Assembly (NCBI RefSeq): GCF_009914755.1
Contig: NC_060929.1
Strand: one strand, 5' to 3'
From: the human T2T-CHM13v2.0 reference genome, Homo sapiens
DNA: 64,000 bases
A program made the translations under genes and the position numbers. Shown here in pieces: positions 1 through 15,222 of this stretch (the first letter of the stretch is position 1; the number at the start of each line of letters is the position of its first letter). The notes under the pieces are model-generated. The model made no database searches. It was not told the DNA's origin and was given only the letters and a program-made list of their open reading frames with translations.

Positions 1-784
1 ATGACACCCCAACAACAACACAAGATCTAGTTGTTTTGTAGAAATTCCTTTGCTAAAGGGTTCAGGGGTAGAATATGAAATTTAATGAGTGTAAATGTCA
101 AGTCATGCATGTGCAGGGAGAGGAGCGAGCTAAGTTCAATTTAAATGGCAGTGAATTAGTTAACGGGGGTGAAGAGATAAGGATAAATAACTAGATCCAA
201 CATTTGAATTCTCATTGCATTATACAGGAACCAAGAAAGCTAATAAGAAGCTGACTTTTACCAAGACCAATATATTATCCCAAGGATATTGTGCTATTTT
301 GCTTCATGGGAATTAGTCCAAATCTGGGATTTATAGTGAAATTTTGCTGCTTTATTTTTTTCATAAAAACATAGCAGAATTGAAAAGGTTTGTATAGACA
401 TATTAACTAATCATGCTTTACATATAGCAAGTTAGTTACTTTTCAAAGACACATAGGTAATTGATAACTATTTAACGACAAAAACTATGAAATTGATCTA
501 GGACAAAAAGAAGACTGTAAATAAGTTTTATTGAAAAAGAGATTTCTAAAAACATGAAGCTATATGACCTGGTGATAATAGTTAAAATATGTTTAATTTC
601 AGTTTCACATAGCGTGTTTTGGAACGTTGCATGTATCACTTTTAGCCAAATAAAAGCAAATATTGGCCTCTCAGAATATGCCTATAATGTTGATAATCCT
701 TTTGAAATGCATTATCCTTCATATATACAAAGCTAATTAAAATTTCAGTTTCTTTATGTGATCTGGCTTATTTTGTATTTTCTC

Positions 785-917
785 TAATAAAATGTAAGCT
801 ACAAAATGGCAGAAACATTTTTTCTGTCTTATTCACTGTTCCTCCTCAGATTCCTAGAACTATGCTTAGCACAAAAGAGCTGCTCCATAACTATTTGTTG
901 AATGAATGAGTGAATGA
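785..917 (+). mobile_element. L2 LINE 3' end fragment
   Basis: Ends in tatttgttgaatgaatgagtgaatga, the L2 terminal repeat, after an L2-like 3' UTR. Confidence 0.75.
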
Positions 918-1080
918 TTAAGTAAATAAGTGCGGTCCTTCTTTCCTCTGGGGTCCCATTTGCTAGCATTGCCCAGGTGTTGTTAACTGCTTGAGATTTT
1001 CCTTGTGACAGCACACAGTGTGAAGGGAAGAGAAGAGGACTGCAGTCACTGTGTCCATTTAGTTCTTGTTAAAGACTTGG

Positions 1081-1744
<664 letters not shown>

Positions 1745-1750
<6 letters not shown>

Positions 1751-1920
1751 AAAGTTGGATTGGAATTTAGGTACCAGCATTTAATTTCTTTCCACTATGT
1801 TCTTAAAGGGCCTCAGTTCTCTGGAAAAATTTTAGAAACTTAGTGTTCTTTTGAGGATTAAATGAGATAATGTATACAAGTGTTTAACCAAATATCTGAC
1901 TCTAGTAGGGCCTCAATTTG
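1745..1920 (+). mobile_element. MIR fragment
   Basis: cctcagtt...tgaggattaaatgagataatgta matches the MIR core and 3' part. Confidence 0.7.
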
Positions 1921-2189
1921 ATTATTTTCCCCCAGTCCCCTTAAATAACCTATTAACAGTGTAAACCAGTAATCAGAAAATCACTTCCTGCATCTATACC
2001 CTGCTATAACTAGTAGTGATATAAAACAAAAAGTCCATTGTAAAATAATCTTTATTTTCTGTACCATCTACGGGAAATGCTAGATTCTGTGACTAAGCCA
2101 ATAAGAAGCTTCCTGAGATCTCCATTAAAAAGCCTTTACTACTGCTTACCACCTCTTAATTTTTCAAAGCAGTCTCCTAATTTGATCTG

Positions 2190-2310
2190 CAAATTCATCC
2201 TTACAGGAATCAAGAAAGAGACTTTCTTTATTTATTGTTCATATTTGAAAGACGAAAAAACTGACACTCAGAAAGGTAAATGACACATCAGAGCTTGTTA
2301 GTAGCAATGG
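2190..2310 (-). mobile_element. MIR fragment
   Basis: aaactgacactcagaaaggtaaatgac resembles the antisense MIR core. Confidence 0.6.
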
Positions 2311-2712
2311 GAAAAAAAAGTCATTGTCATCTGATGGCTGGCTCTATCACTTTGTGTAGTGAAGTAGTTTTTCAACTAGATTTGTTATTTTTGCTCTTTT
2401 GCTAGATATCTGCTTATTTGCTTTCTTTTGGCATGAGGACTTTTTCTGTTAACGAAATATTACAACAAAGATGTCCAACCTATACAGCACACTCAAACTG
2501 TGCTATTTCGTTCAAGGTAGGAATGTGGATAGAGACCAATCCATTAGATTTTATTTTCCATTCCCTAAAATGGGCTTCCTATCTGTCAGGAAACAGCTTA
2601 CAGCTTTAAAGATTCCCATTTTCTTTCAAACAACAACACTTGCTAAAATGCTTTAAAAGAAATAGAAAAAAGAGCACATGGTTCAACTTCTAGGGCTCCT
2701 TGCATTATCTGA

Positions 2713-3074
<362 letters not shown>

Positions 3075-4656
3075 TTCACTGTATTGTTAAAGATGCCTAA
3101 TTTTTTATATTCCTTTGGCTAGGCTAGGATGAGATCTACCCTCTTGTTGCTAGAGATGCTAAATGCATGCTGTAAGAAGAGCTATGTTTCTCTCAGTCAT
3201 AACTACAAAATGGACAAATAATTCAGACCTCTTTTAAGACCAGAATTGCCCTTTCCCTGCTCTTGGCCAAAAATGGTATTAATTTTAAATGGTTCTGCTT
3301 TTTTCAACTCTTATTACTATCTCATTTCTTGACAGCATCTGCCTTTCAACGCCCCTGAATCAAAATCTAAACTTTTGAATGGAATATATATTTTTAAAAT
3401 GAGTCTTAGTCCTTAAGTGGTTAAGTTGCCCCTCTGGATCTAACAGAACAGTATCAGTCATCTTATGTCAAGAAAAAAAATAATGTCTAATCTTTGACAG
3501 AAATGAATTACTTCATATGGGACAGCTACATTTGGTCTGATACTTGTTGTCAGCTTTCACTGGAAAACGAGGAACTAAGAAATAGATTTCATCAAATTCT
3601 GAGATGGGAGGAAATGAAATCTTAGCAAAGAAAACAAGTTATGCCTCTGAAATGAATTGTACGAGCGGGAAGATATATCAGGTGAAAAGTGAATGTTAAA
3701 ATCATTTGCCAACAGATGACATAAAACATTTTGGACAGATATTTAAGGATAGAAAGCCCTGATGTTACCAGTTTATAAAATATTCATGTATTCAAGAAAA
3801 CGAAATGACCTCTATATTAGGGAATTACTTGTAAACATTCTCTGAGTTTTAGCAGTGTTTATTTTTTTGTTTGTTTTTTCTCTTCTTGATACTCCTATTT
3901 TCCTCCATGAGCTGCCTGTTTTTCTATGGTGTAGGGAAAAAGTAGCCTGGTACTATGTAGTTAATCTGTTTAGCTTGGATATATCTAAAGAAACTTCTCA
4001 ACAATTGCTTACCTGGGTCACTTCAGATTTAAATAAAGAGACCACATGTACTGTCTCGCGTCGATAAAGAATGAAACATCATATTTGTCAAAAGAAGAAG
4101 GGGACAGGGCCAGATAGCTTAGGGATTAGGGGCAGAAGATGAAACCTTTCAACTCTAAGTCACTTCTTGCCATCTGTTTGTGGTAGATTGACTGTGACAG
4201 AAATCATTGCTATCTAAAGGCTGTTCAGTTGTCTACTAGGTGTCAAAGACATAGCAGTCTTCATCTAGCTCTTGTTAGACAGATGCCATATCACACAAGA
4301 CCCATCGTGATTAGCAGCCAGTGAATTTATCACCCTAAGGCAAAGTGAAACTTTCCTACCTCGGCCAACGCAGGGGAGAAAATACTATTTCACATGCCAT
4401 CTGGAGGTAAAAACACCTCTGGTGCTTTATCTTTGTCTTCTCTTCTCCAAGGAAGGTCATTTGGAGATGAATATTCTGCTCTTTTAAGTCTGTTTAAAAT
4501 AGCTGACTCTCCAAAGTCAAAAGACCCTAAAAATGTAGCTTGCAAAATTTAAATAGATGAACTTCTACAAATATTCCTTACAAAAAACAATGTACTAGTT
4601 TGGAGAAAAGGTATATTCCCTGCATCCTCTCATCTTAGATCTTAAATTATAAGAAG

Positions 4657-4800
4657 ATATACACATATATCTTATATGTATATATATCTTATATGTATAT
4701 ATCTTATAATACAGATATATATACACATATGTGTATATATATGTATATATATGTATATATCTGTGTGTGTATATATATGTATTGGTGTATCACACACATA
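4657..4800. repeat. (TA)/(TATG)-rich degenerate microsatellite
   Basis: Alternating purine-pyrimidine tract including repeated atatcttatatgta units. Confidence 0.9.
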
Positions 4801-4985
4801 CAGAAAAGCTCATAAATGGTCAGATTCTTTTACAAGTTGAACACACCCATGTAAAAAGCATCCTCATTTATGAATAGACCATGATAAACATCCCCAGAAG
4901 GCTCTCCATGTGCCCCCGTCATCTCAGTTTCTACCTTCTCCCCAAGGTTTCCTATATCTTTTTACCGATACCATTGTTTATTTTG
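4800..4985 (-). mobile_element. Old L1M 3' end fragment
   Basis: tgaacacacccatgta...catccccagaaggctctccatgtgccccc resembles antisense L1M 3' UTR. Confidence 0.6.
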
Positions 4986-6799
4986 AGTTCATCAATATAA
5001 CTTAGTTTTTGAATCATTTATGAATTTTGTCTGAGCATTAGAGCTGAAAACTTATTCAATTGAAACCAGCAAAATAAAGATCTAGGATACACACATTTGA
5101 AAATGACATTTATAACCTTGAGACTTGGATTATGTCTGGCCAAAGTTTATTAACGTTTATACATTTATTTTCAATCACCTTATCTCATATTTGTCTGTAG
5201 AGGGAGGTACCAAAAGGGGAGAAAATTAAATGCGGGTTCCCAGATTGTGAGAAATAAGTTACCCACAGACATGATGAAAGAAAGGTGAAATGGAAATAGC
5301 ACTGCTTCAGTGATCATATTTTATTTCCACCACTTAATTACATTATAATTTGGGGTAGAGAATTGAACTCTTCTGGGTTTCAATTTCTTTAAATATAGTA
5401 TGGGAATACAAATAACAACTTGCTAAAGCCACGTCTTCCTAAGACCTATGATTCATGGAAGATAGTCTAAAAAACATTTCCCATATTGTGCTGTCTTATC
5501 ACCAACTCTACCACAGGCTGGAAGATTGGGATCTTTTTATCTCTATGTGAGTAGGAGTAGACTCCACCAGATACCTGTTTTGAGCTGGGGAATACAAAAC
5601 GTGGGAATGAATCTCCCGTTATGCCAAGGTCATGGCCAGAATGTCTATTCCAGACTATTTCAAGACCCGAGGCAACATCAACTTTATTCATTCTTAGCAA
5701 CTATCTTTGAGAGGTAGAGCACAGACTTAATCTTTCACATTATACAGATAAGAAATGAAATCACTGAGCACTCCAGTGATGTATGAAGTAGCAGGTAAGA
5801 AAAGTTAGAGGAGGAAAAAAAAATTGATCTCTTTTCTTCTTTTCCAGAGCTTTTTTGGGGGCTCTCTTGTTGATCCCGAAGCCATGCACGTACTTTTGAT
5901 AGTGGCTGGTGGAAACATTGGAGAGACTATATTCTGCCAAAAGGGGAATTTGAAAAAAGACAATAAGGCCCTTTCTTTTTAAGCCCTTGACCGCTGGTGT
6001 ACAGTTTTCCCAATATTAACTGCATGGACAAACTGCTTAATGGCAGAAATGTCACTGCCAGAACTTTAAAGAGGTTAATCAATACTGGGCCTCAATCAAA
6101 ATTTTGCCATTATGTTTCCAAACATTGGAGTCCTCATGGAGATTTTTATATATTCACTGAAATGCTTTTAGAGCATAGAGGTCGGGCTCTTTAAATTGTT
6201 CAAGTGTTGCCAACCATCAGCAGGTCCCTGTAGATTATAAACAAGGAAGAGAGCCACTGTCCTCCTGTTTGATACTTGATTTCCCAGAAGAGGGCTGGAA
6301 CTGCTGGCTGAAATGTCAGAATAAAACAAGACTTGCCTATTTTTAGCTCTGGCTTATACAGTTTCCCTCCTCTTTAATCATACATCAAGATTTTAAGCCA
6401 GCCACCTTTCCACCTTTAAGCCAGATACCTTTCAGTATCTCGGAGACACTTTAATCCAAGTTATTGCAATGTATAGTAACATAATGATGTTTTATTATAG
6501 AAATATGCAATTTTGTTGCTGCTCTTTTGGGTATTGTTTTTGACTGTCCTAACCGATGTGTGACCAGATCCTTGGACATAAAAGTGAGCACAATGCCAAA
6601 AGTTTCATAAGGAATTAAGATGAAAAAAAAAAAAAAAAAGAAAAAAAAAAGAGGTCAGTACTCTGAGAGCTTCATCTCAGGCAGTATCTTTGCTTCCTTC
6701 ATTTCATCACCTGATCATAGGAAATGTAAGAAAAGGAAGTTTGATCAGGTTCTAGCACCAAAGAAGAACTTTTCTTTTTTTTTTTTATTTTTTGCAAAT

Positions 6800-7340
<541 letters not shown>

Positions 7341-7512
7341 AATAAGAATTTGAGCAGTTTGAACTGTACTGAAATCTCCAAAGGGGTAGAAAGTGGTGAG
7401 ACTAAGTTTAGAAAGATAATTATAGTAATATCTCTCACATGGGCAGAAGACGATTTGGTAAAAATTTAACTGTAGGTAAGAGTTTGAGATAGAGGCTTAG
7501 AAAGAGGAGGCC

Positions 7513-8690
7513 ACTCATTCATTCAGCAAACATTTATTGATGCCCACTATGTGCTAAGATCCTGATCTAGATTGTGGGAGTCGAGTAGTGAGTAAATGGT
7601 GCTGAAGCTTGCATTCTGTTGAAAGAAAATAGATAATAAACAAATAAATTTATATGCCAGAGTAGTAACTGCTATGTAAGTTAAGGGTAGAGAGAATTCG
7701 TTTTAGCTAAGAAAGAGTAATCATAGAAGCCCTATCTGTTAATTGACATTAAGCAGAGACCTAAACAAAGTAAGAGCAAGCCACCTACATACATCTGAGG
7801 AAAGAGTATTTCAAACAAAATAGCACATGCAAAGGTATTGAGGTGGGAATATACTCAATATATCCCAGGAAGAATACAGAGGGCAGTAGGCATGGGGATG
7901 AGGAAAATGATGGAACATGCAGTCAGAGGTGGGAGGGGACCACATCACACACCTTGGAGGTCATAATGAGTGTTTCCAGTTTTACTCAAAGTGAGATGAA
8001 GGATTTTAGGCTGTTTTAGGGTTTTGAACAAGGAAATTCGTGACAAGATTTTCCTTTTAAAAAGATCATTGTGGTTGCTCTGTCAGACTAGATTGTTGGG
8101 TTGTCAGGATGGAAAGCAGACCAGTTTGAAAATATAGAGACTAGTATAGGCAATAGTCAGTGGTTGTTTTTACTATGTAACAGTCATGAGAGTGGTTAGG
8201 TGAAGCTGGACTCTGAGTATATTTACAAACAGATCTGATATACGTGGTGTTGAATTGAATAATGTGAGGTGTGAAAAGAAAGAAGATGCCAAGGCTTTTT
8301 GCACAAGGAAATGGTATGATGGAATTGCCATTTAGCAAGTTAGAGAAGACTGTAAGAGCAATGGAGGAGGAAAACATAAGAAAGGGAATAGTTCGGATGA
8401 ATCAAGATTTCAAGTTTAGACAATCTGAGTTTGAGATCCTATTAGACATTTCATCAGAGATGTCAAATCAGTGGCTAGATATATAGGTTGAGTTAAAGAA
8501 TAAGTCAAGACTAGTTTTTTTTTTTTTTTTTTTTTGAGACGGGGTCTCGCTCTGTTGCCCAGTCTGGAGTGCAGTGGCGCAATCTCGGCTCTCTGCAACC
8601 GAGACTAGTTTTATAAATGAAAGTATTATCAACCTACAGATGAGTTTAAAGCTATGGGTCTGAATGAGTTCACCTAAGACATAAGCAAGA
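7513..8690 (-). mobile_element. L2 LINE, about 1.1 kb of the 3' portion
   Basis: Starts cactcattcattcagcaaacatttattga (antisense L2 tail); continues with L2-like purine-rich sequence. Confidence 0.85.
8515..8601 (-). mobile_element. Severely 5'-truncated Alu (about 65 nt plus tail)
   Basis: T22 plus the Alu 3' end; TSD agactagtttt at 8508-8518 and 8602-8612. Confidence 0.95.
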
Positions 8691-9439
8691 TGGTAGACTG
8701 AATGAATAAAGTTATTTATTAATAAATTCAATAGTAGGTCTCTCTGATTCTTTTAAGCCCTGGGATTCCTTGAAATATAAAAAGAAAAGTCATTAAAAGC
8801 AATTTGACATGTATTTATAATATACTCTAGGCTTAGAATCTTGGTAACCATTTCCTGTGGTTCATCAAACTTCAGGCAATGAGTTTTAGCACCATTATCT
8901 GGGCTTTGCAAGAGACCTGGTTGAGCATAGGAGATTGTCTTCTGTCCATTGTTTTTAACCCCTTTTCAATTGCATGACATTCTTTCATTCATTCTCATAA
9001 GATTGCTTACCAGACAGTACACTGCATTTACAGTCAAATACTGATTAATTTGTGGGAGCATTTTCTGGAGTTGATAAATCAATGTACAAAAAATACACCA
9101 TCTCATTTTAAAAGAACTGTTTAAACCAGTGCTTTTCAAAGCTTATTCCAAAGAACATTAGTTCCAAGGAATTTAAATCTAGAAAATATTAAGTTAAACA
9201 GATTTCTATACTGCAGAACTTCTTGGGGCCTTTAACAAACTAATGAGCTTTGTAACTGCAAGAAAGAGGGAAAAGCCATATGTAATTTTTTTCATCCCTA
9301 ATTGGTCTTTAAATCTTTTTATGCACAGCATGTTGTAAGTCTAGCATCCTGAGGAATAAGATTATTCAATAGCCAAAATGCATATTAACTCTTCAGTATT
9401 CTTTAATTTTGGAAAACAAAAGTGATCACTATCTTGGTA

Positions 9440-9635
9440 AGCATTACCAAAGAATAGGCACTATGCTTTACATAAATCATCTCATTTATCCCTATAAGTT
9501 ACATACTAAAATTATCCATATGTTACAGATATAAGAACAAAAGGAGGAAAAGTGAGGCAGCTCATTCAAGGCCAAGGAGTTAGTAGGTGAGAGTGCTACC
9601 ATTCAAACCAGATTCTTTCGCTTCAGAGCCAGGTT
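9440..9635 (-). mobile_element. MIR
   Basis: atgctttacataaatcatctcattta...ttacagatataagaa...attcaaaccag, antisense MIR. Confidence 0.7.
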
Positions 9636-9642
9636 ACCGAAT

Positions 9643-9816
9643 CAGTGGTTATCACAGTGTAGTCCCAGGACCAAAAGCATCTGTATCACTTGGGAACTTA
9701 TTAGAAAAACAAATTTGGTCCCATGAATCGGCAATTCTGTAGGTAGAGCTCAGTACTTTGTACTTTAGCGGATCTTATGGGTAATCCTATTACATACTTC
9801 AGTGTGAGAACCACTG
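9643..9816 (+). mobile_element. MER5A (hAT-Charlie MITE)
   Basis: Terminal inverted repeats cagtggttatca / tgagaaccactg; internal atcacttgggaacttattagaaa. Confidence 0.9.
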
Positions 9817-9914
9817 GCTTAAATCATTGCAGTAAACTCTAATAATATCTGTGTATGGTACAGAGGTCTAAGAAGGTGACTAGGTTAAACAAAAATAATC
9901 CCGTATTTGTTCTA

Positions 9915-10078
9915 AATTGGAGGTCCTCAGCTTGCATTATAAATCAGAAACACTTACGGAGTTTATAAAACTCCAAGATGACCCTCCAAAGCCTGAATAT
10001 CCTGAAATGACACAGGTATAAAAGCTTATAAAAGCTCCATAGGTGACTTTGATGTATTACCACAATTGAGATCCATGT
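9915..10078 (-). mobile_element. MER5-family MITE, degenerate
   Basis: aaaagctccataggtgactttgatgt...ttgagatcca resembles a MER5 end. Confidence 0.6.
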
Positions 10079-10115
10079 GGAAATCAATGGGGAATATGCA
10101 TTTGCTGTTCTATGT

Positions 10116-10282
10116 GAGTGCCTCCGAAACTTCGCTGTGCATAGAGATACCCAGGTGACGTTGTTAAAATGTAGATTCTGGTCCAGCGAGTCCAGGGTGG
10201 GGCCTGAGATCCTGCAATTCTATCAAGCTCCCAGTTGATGTGGGCATTATTGGTTCAAAGACACACATGTTGAATAGCTAGG
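10116..10282 (-). mobile_element. MER5A/B-family MITE
   Basis: ttgttaaaatgtagattctg...gggtggggcctgagatcctgcaattct...aagctcccag. Confidence 0.85.
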
Positions 10283-11077
10283 GTTTAATTTGCCTTGGCA
10301 ATTTCTCATTTTCTCAAGCATTCCTTTATATTTAATAACTATAAAATTAAAAGCTTCAATTTATTTAGTGAACCTCTCTAGGGGAATTCTAAGTACGCTA
10401 GGCACAATGTGTTAATATTTTATTCATTACCTTTTGCTGTTACATGATTGCTGACCATTTGGTCTGCCTGCAACTGGTTTAGAAAGTAGGTATGAGAAAC
10501 TTAGTGCTAAGCTGAGTAAATGCCAAATAAACAGGGACAAGCTGGTCATTCTACAAGGGCAGGTACTTCCACTTATTATGGAGGGACCCAATTCTAATCT
10601 AGAAATACATCCTAGCAATGTGCCTATTTCTAGTGCTATCTCTGTATGTTAGTGAGGGGTGGAGAGGAGCTAGGTTTCAGAAGCACATTGCCCAACAGTC
10701 TTCGATAATCTCATACCAGCCTGAGATTTACAGATTGAGTGGTGGAGCCACTGAAACTCATGTAGCCTGGCCCTGGAGCCCTCAGTCCTGACCACTGTGA
10801 CAGATCAATCTTTCTTCTAATGCCCTAAGGCAAGAATTCCCCAAAGTGGTGTGAATATAGACTGCTCATATGAATATTTGAACATTTTCTTCTATTAATT
10901 TTCTACCTAATTCTTTAAAAATTATATTTGGGATGATTGTATATACATTTTTTAACAGATATGTAGATAAATAAAATATTTGATACATGTGTATACACAC
11001 ACAATGCTTTGGGGATGCATGATCCAAAAACCATGGAGACTGCCAGCTGTGGATCACAGATATGCATTTATTAATTA

Positions 11078-11450
<373 letters not shown>

Positions 11451-12484
11451 TTAACGTGTAAAGTTCCTACTCATATATTCTCGAGCCCATTTAACATCAT
11501 TATAGTTTACCATAGAAAGAGTGTGCCTGGTTGCAATTCAGCCTGCTTCCCCTAAGGCTCTTCTTTGGAAGCCCTTCTTGTTGGTTTTGCCTAAATTGTA
11601 CAGGTCATTGAAACGGCAATCTGTTAACTGCGAGCATGTTAATATCAAGCTTGAAGTATTGGAAATATAATAATTTCAAGGGAGTTCTCATCTATTTTAC
11701 ATTAAGACATTTAGTAAACCTCTACTTTAATATTCCGATATGTCATCTTTCTAAACTTTTAAGACTTCCCTAAAAATTTCAGCCACGCAGAATGAGGTTC
11801 AATTCTTACCCACAGAACTGAGATTTGAAATGACCTCAAGAGGTGACAAATTATATACATATATATGTTTACATATTTTTTCACGTGCATGTGTATGCTA
11901 CAGTATTAGTCCTATATTATTAGTCTGCACTGCAGGGTTTTTTTAATTTTAGTTTTATATTTTGTACATCATTAGAATTACATAATTCCTTATGCTACAG
12001 TTTAGAAAGTAACTTAAATCATTGCAATTCTGTTTATCACTCCAATCTTTTTCTACTAATCACTACATCAAGGCAAGGCATTATTTGATCCATTCAAAAA
12101 ACCAAGTAGTAAATTTAAACAAGCTAAAATATTGAGAGTATCCTAAAATGGACTTTCAATTTGATCTCTATTTCTTAATAAAGATCATATAAATTACATT
12201 ATTCAGGAAAACAATTTTTTTTACAGTTCTTTTAAACGTCCATCACTTAACCATATAGCAGGACAGTTCCAGCAGAATAATTTTCAATGTAGGTTAAAAA
12301 GCATTTCTAGAAAATTAGCATCTTTCTGCTCAATAACAGTAAAAACAACAAAACTTGAGTACTTAAAAGACACTAAGCTGTGTGTTTTGTATGGGTTTTC
12401 TTATTTACTCTTCATGACAGAGCCCTATTCCACTCCATCTTTCCACCATAGTACCCGACTGCCTGGTTTTCTTCCTCTCTGGAA

Positions 12485-12551
12485 GCAACAACTTGTTTTT
12501 AACCACCAAGTTTGTGGTGCTTTGTTAGGCAAGCCCTAGGAAGTCAGTACA
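12485..12551 (+). mobile_element. MLT1 LTR 3' end fragment
   Basis: ttgtttttaaccaccaagtttgtggtgctttgtta...gccctaggaagtcagtaca. Confidence 0.7.
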
Positions 12552-12831
12552 TCCCATGCCTCTCCTTTTCTCTCTCTTTTCTCTATATCCTCTGACCGCA
12601 TGTACCAAATACATGCTGAGGAACTAAAAAGCTTCTACTCACAGTACAAGCCTTTCCTATGAGTACAAGATGGCTACCTGCTTTGTGTTTCTACTTGGCT
12701 GCCTTCTTGGCACCCAAAACTCTGATAGTCTCTGCATAGCCCTTATCACAATGTGCATTTATGTGAAAAAAAAAATATATATATATATATATTCTTTTAT
12801 TGCCCTAAATCACTTATTGGTTTTTCTTATA

Positions 12832-13056
12832 TAGTCTTCCCTCAGTATACTCGAGGGATTGGTTCCAGGGTCACCCCACATCTCTGCATATATCCAATTC
12901 CACTCATACTCAAGTCCCACAGTTGGCCCTGTGGAACCTCTGCATACTTGGGTTTCACATCCTATGAGTACTGTTTTCTATCTGTGTTTGCTTGGAAAAA
13001 ATCCACATATAAGTAGATCCATGCAGTTCAAACCTGTGTTATTCAAGAGTCAACTG
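12832..13056 (-). mobile_element. MER8-like TcMar-Tigger MITE
   Basis: gggattggttccagg...gcagttcaaacctgtgttattcaagagtcaactg; TA flanks. Confidence 0.85.
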
Positions 13057-13086
13057 TAATTCTGTTGACATTTACTCCAACTCATG

Positions 13087-13505
13087 TGTTATGGTTAATT
13101 GTATGCATCAACTTGGCTAGGTTATGGTACCCAGTTGTTTGGTCAAACACTGATCTAGATATTGCTGTGGAGGCATTTTTTTACATGTGATTGACATTTA
13201 AATCGGTAGACTTTTAGTCCAGCATATTACCCTCCATAATGTGATTTGGCCTCATCTAATCAGTTGACAACTTTAAGAGAAAAGACTGAGGTCCATGAAG
13301 GAAGAAAGAATTCTGCCTCCAGACTGCCTTTAAACTCAAAACTACAGCATCAACTCTTGCCTGAGTCTCCAGCCTGCTGGTCTTCCCTGCCAATTTCAGA
13401 CTTGTCAGCCTCTACAATCATGTGAACCAAAAACTTAAAATAAACCTTTCACTCTACATTTCTACACATCCTATTGGTTCTGTTTCTCTGGAGAACCTTA
13501 ACACA
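13087..13505 (+). mobile_element. MLT2 (ERVL) solo LTR, MLT2C/D-like
   Basis: tgttatggttaatt...catcctattggttctgtttctctggagaacc; TG...CA ends; aataaa near 13439. Confidence 0.9.
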
Positions 13506-13934
13506 CTATGTAACACATACATGAAAAAATAAAGCTTCTAATGATTTTGCTGGTCTTTTTATTTTATTTGTTAAAGCGATCACAAAGGTACAGTGAGTTT
13601 CAAGAAGAGGAGTAATAAAATCCCCTTTTTGATACGGTGTCAAAATTCTAGAGAAACATGGCATCTCTCAAACTGGCAATATTTCCCAGGTCATTTTGCA
13701 AAATACAATCTGAGAAATACCGCATTTTCTGTTTTGTGATTTTTACACCCTTGTTACTAAACTAAATACTTCATTTTTTTCCTTCTTCTTTGAAGAAAAT
13801 TCTATCTGCTCTGTGAAGCTTTTATTTATCTGCACTTTCACTCATTGACATTATTTATCACTTATCAATAATACCATTTGGCATTTAAATATCACCTTAT
13901 ACATTCTGCTGTGTAAGTGGAGGTCACAGAAGTA

Positions 13935-14130
13935 AAAATGTTCAGAATTAGGCAGGATTTAAGCCCACCTCTGCTACATATTAGCAGGACAGCTGGGAAA
14001 TTACCTAATCTTTCTGAGTTCAGTTTCCTTGCCTGTAAGATGGGGATATGATAGTACCCATTCCATGGTATCGTTGTTATAAAATGACAGAAGATTCATA
14101 AAGACTTTATAAAATTTGTTGTTCACTTTC
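13935..14130 (+). mobile_element. MIR
   Basis: ttacctaatctttctgagttcagtttccttgcctgtaagatggggat, MIR core. Confidence 0.8.
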
Positions 14131-14169
14131 TATATGTGATGCATGTTACACTATTATGATTCAAGCCAC

Positions 14170-14290
14170 ACAGCAACACATGCCATTATTATCTTTATTG
14201 TACAGGTAAGAACCTTGAAACCTGTGTCGTTAATGTGACTTGGTCAAGACACACAATGTCTTAAGAATATAAAAGCTGAACCTTGACACC
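14170..14290 (-). mobile_element. MIR fragment
   Basis: ttattatctttattgtacag...ttaatgtgacttggtcaagacacaca. Confidence 0.6.
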
Positions 14291-14908
14291 TTGATATCAT
14301 GATATCACCCTCTTTGTATTCTCACCATTGTACCTCATATTGCATCTTACCTGTGGTAGGTAAGATAAGACTTGTTAAATTAATGAATATTCAGTTAAGC
14401 AATATTGAATGCCTTCCACTTAAATCTTGTTAATGACCAACTGCAATTCATATAAATTAGTATACACAAAAATATGTTACTTTGTGCGTATTTCAGATTC
14501 CAACAAAGGATTTAGAGGAAGAAAAAGAAGAAATCTTGCTGAGATTAAGATCTGATAAAAATTATGAAATAAAATTAACTGGCTACTGTAGACAAAGTAT
14601 GGTGCCTCCAAAAGTTCTTTGGGAATGAAGACTATTAGCTCCAGACTTGTTAGTTAGTAGTACATGATATTTTAGCATTATTATTGGTTTATAAACTTAG
14701 ATTCTAAGCTTTCTATATTTGTTATAAACTAATACTTTTGCAGCAGATCTATACACACTCTGGAGGTTATGCTAGATTTAAATTGAATAATGCAATATGT
14801 GGTACAAAAATAGTTTTAAGAACATTGTAGTAATTAGGATTTTATGCAGTTATTTTAAGTATTACTTGCTCTGTTGGGCTGGATCCTGGAACGCTGAAAA
14901 TAGAGTGG

Positions 14909-15222
<314 letters not shown>

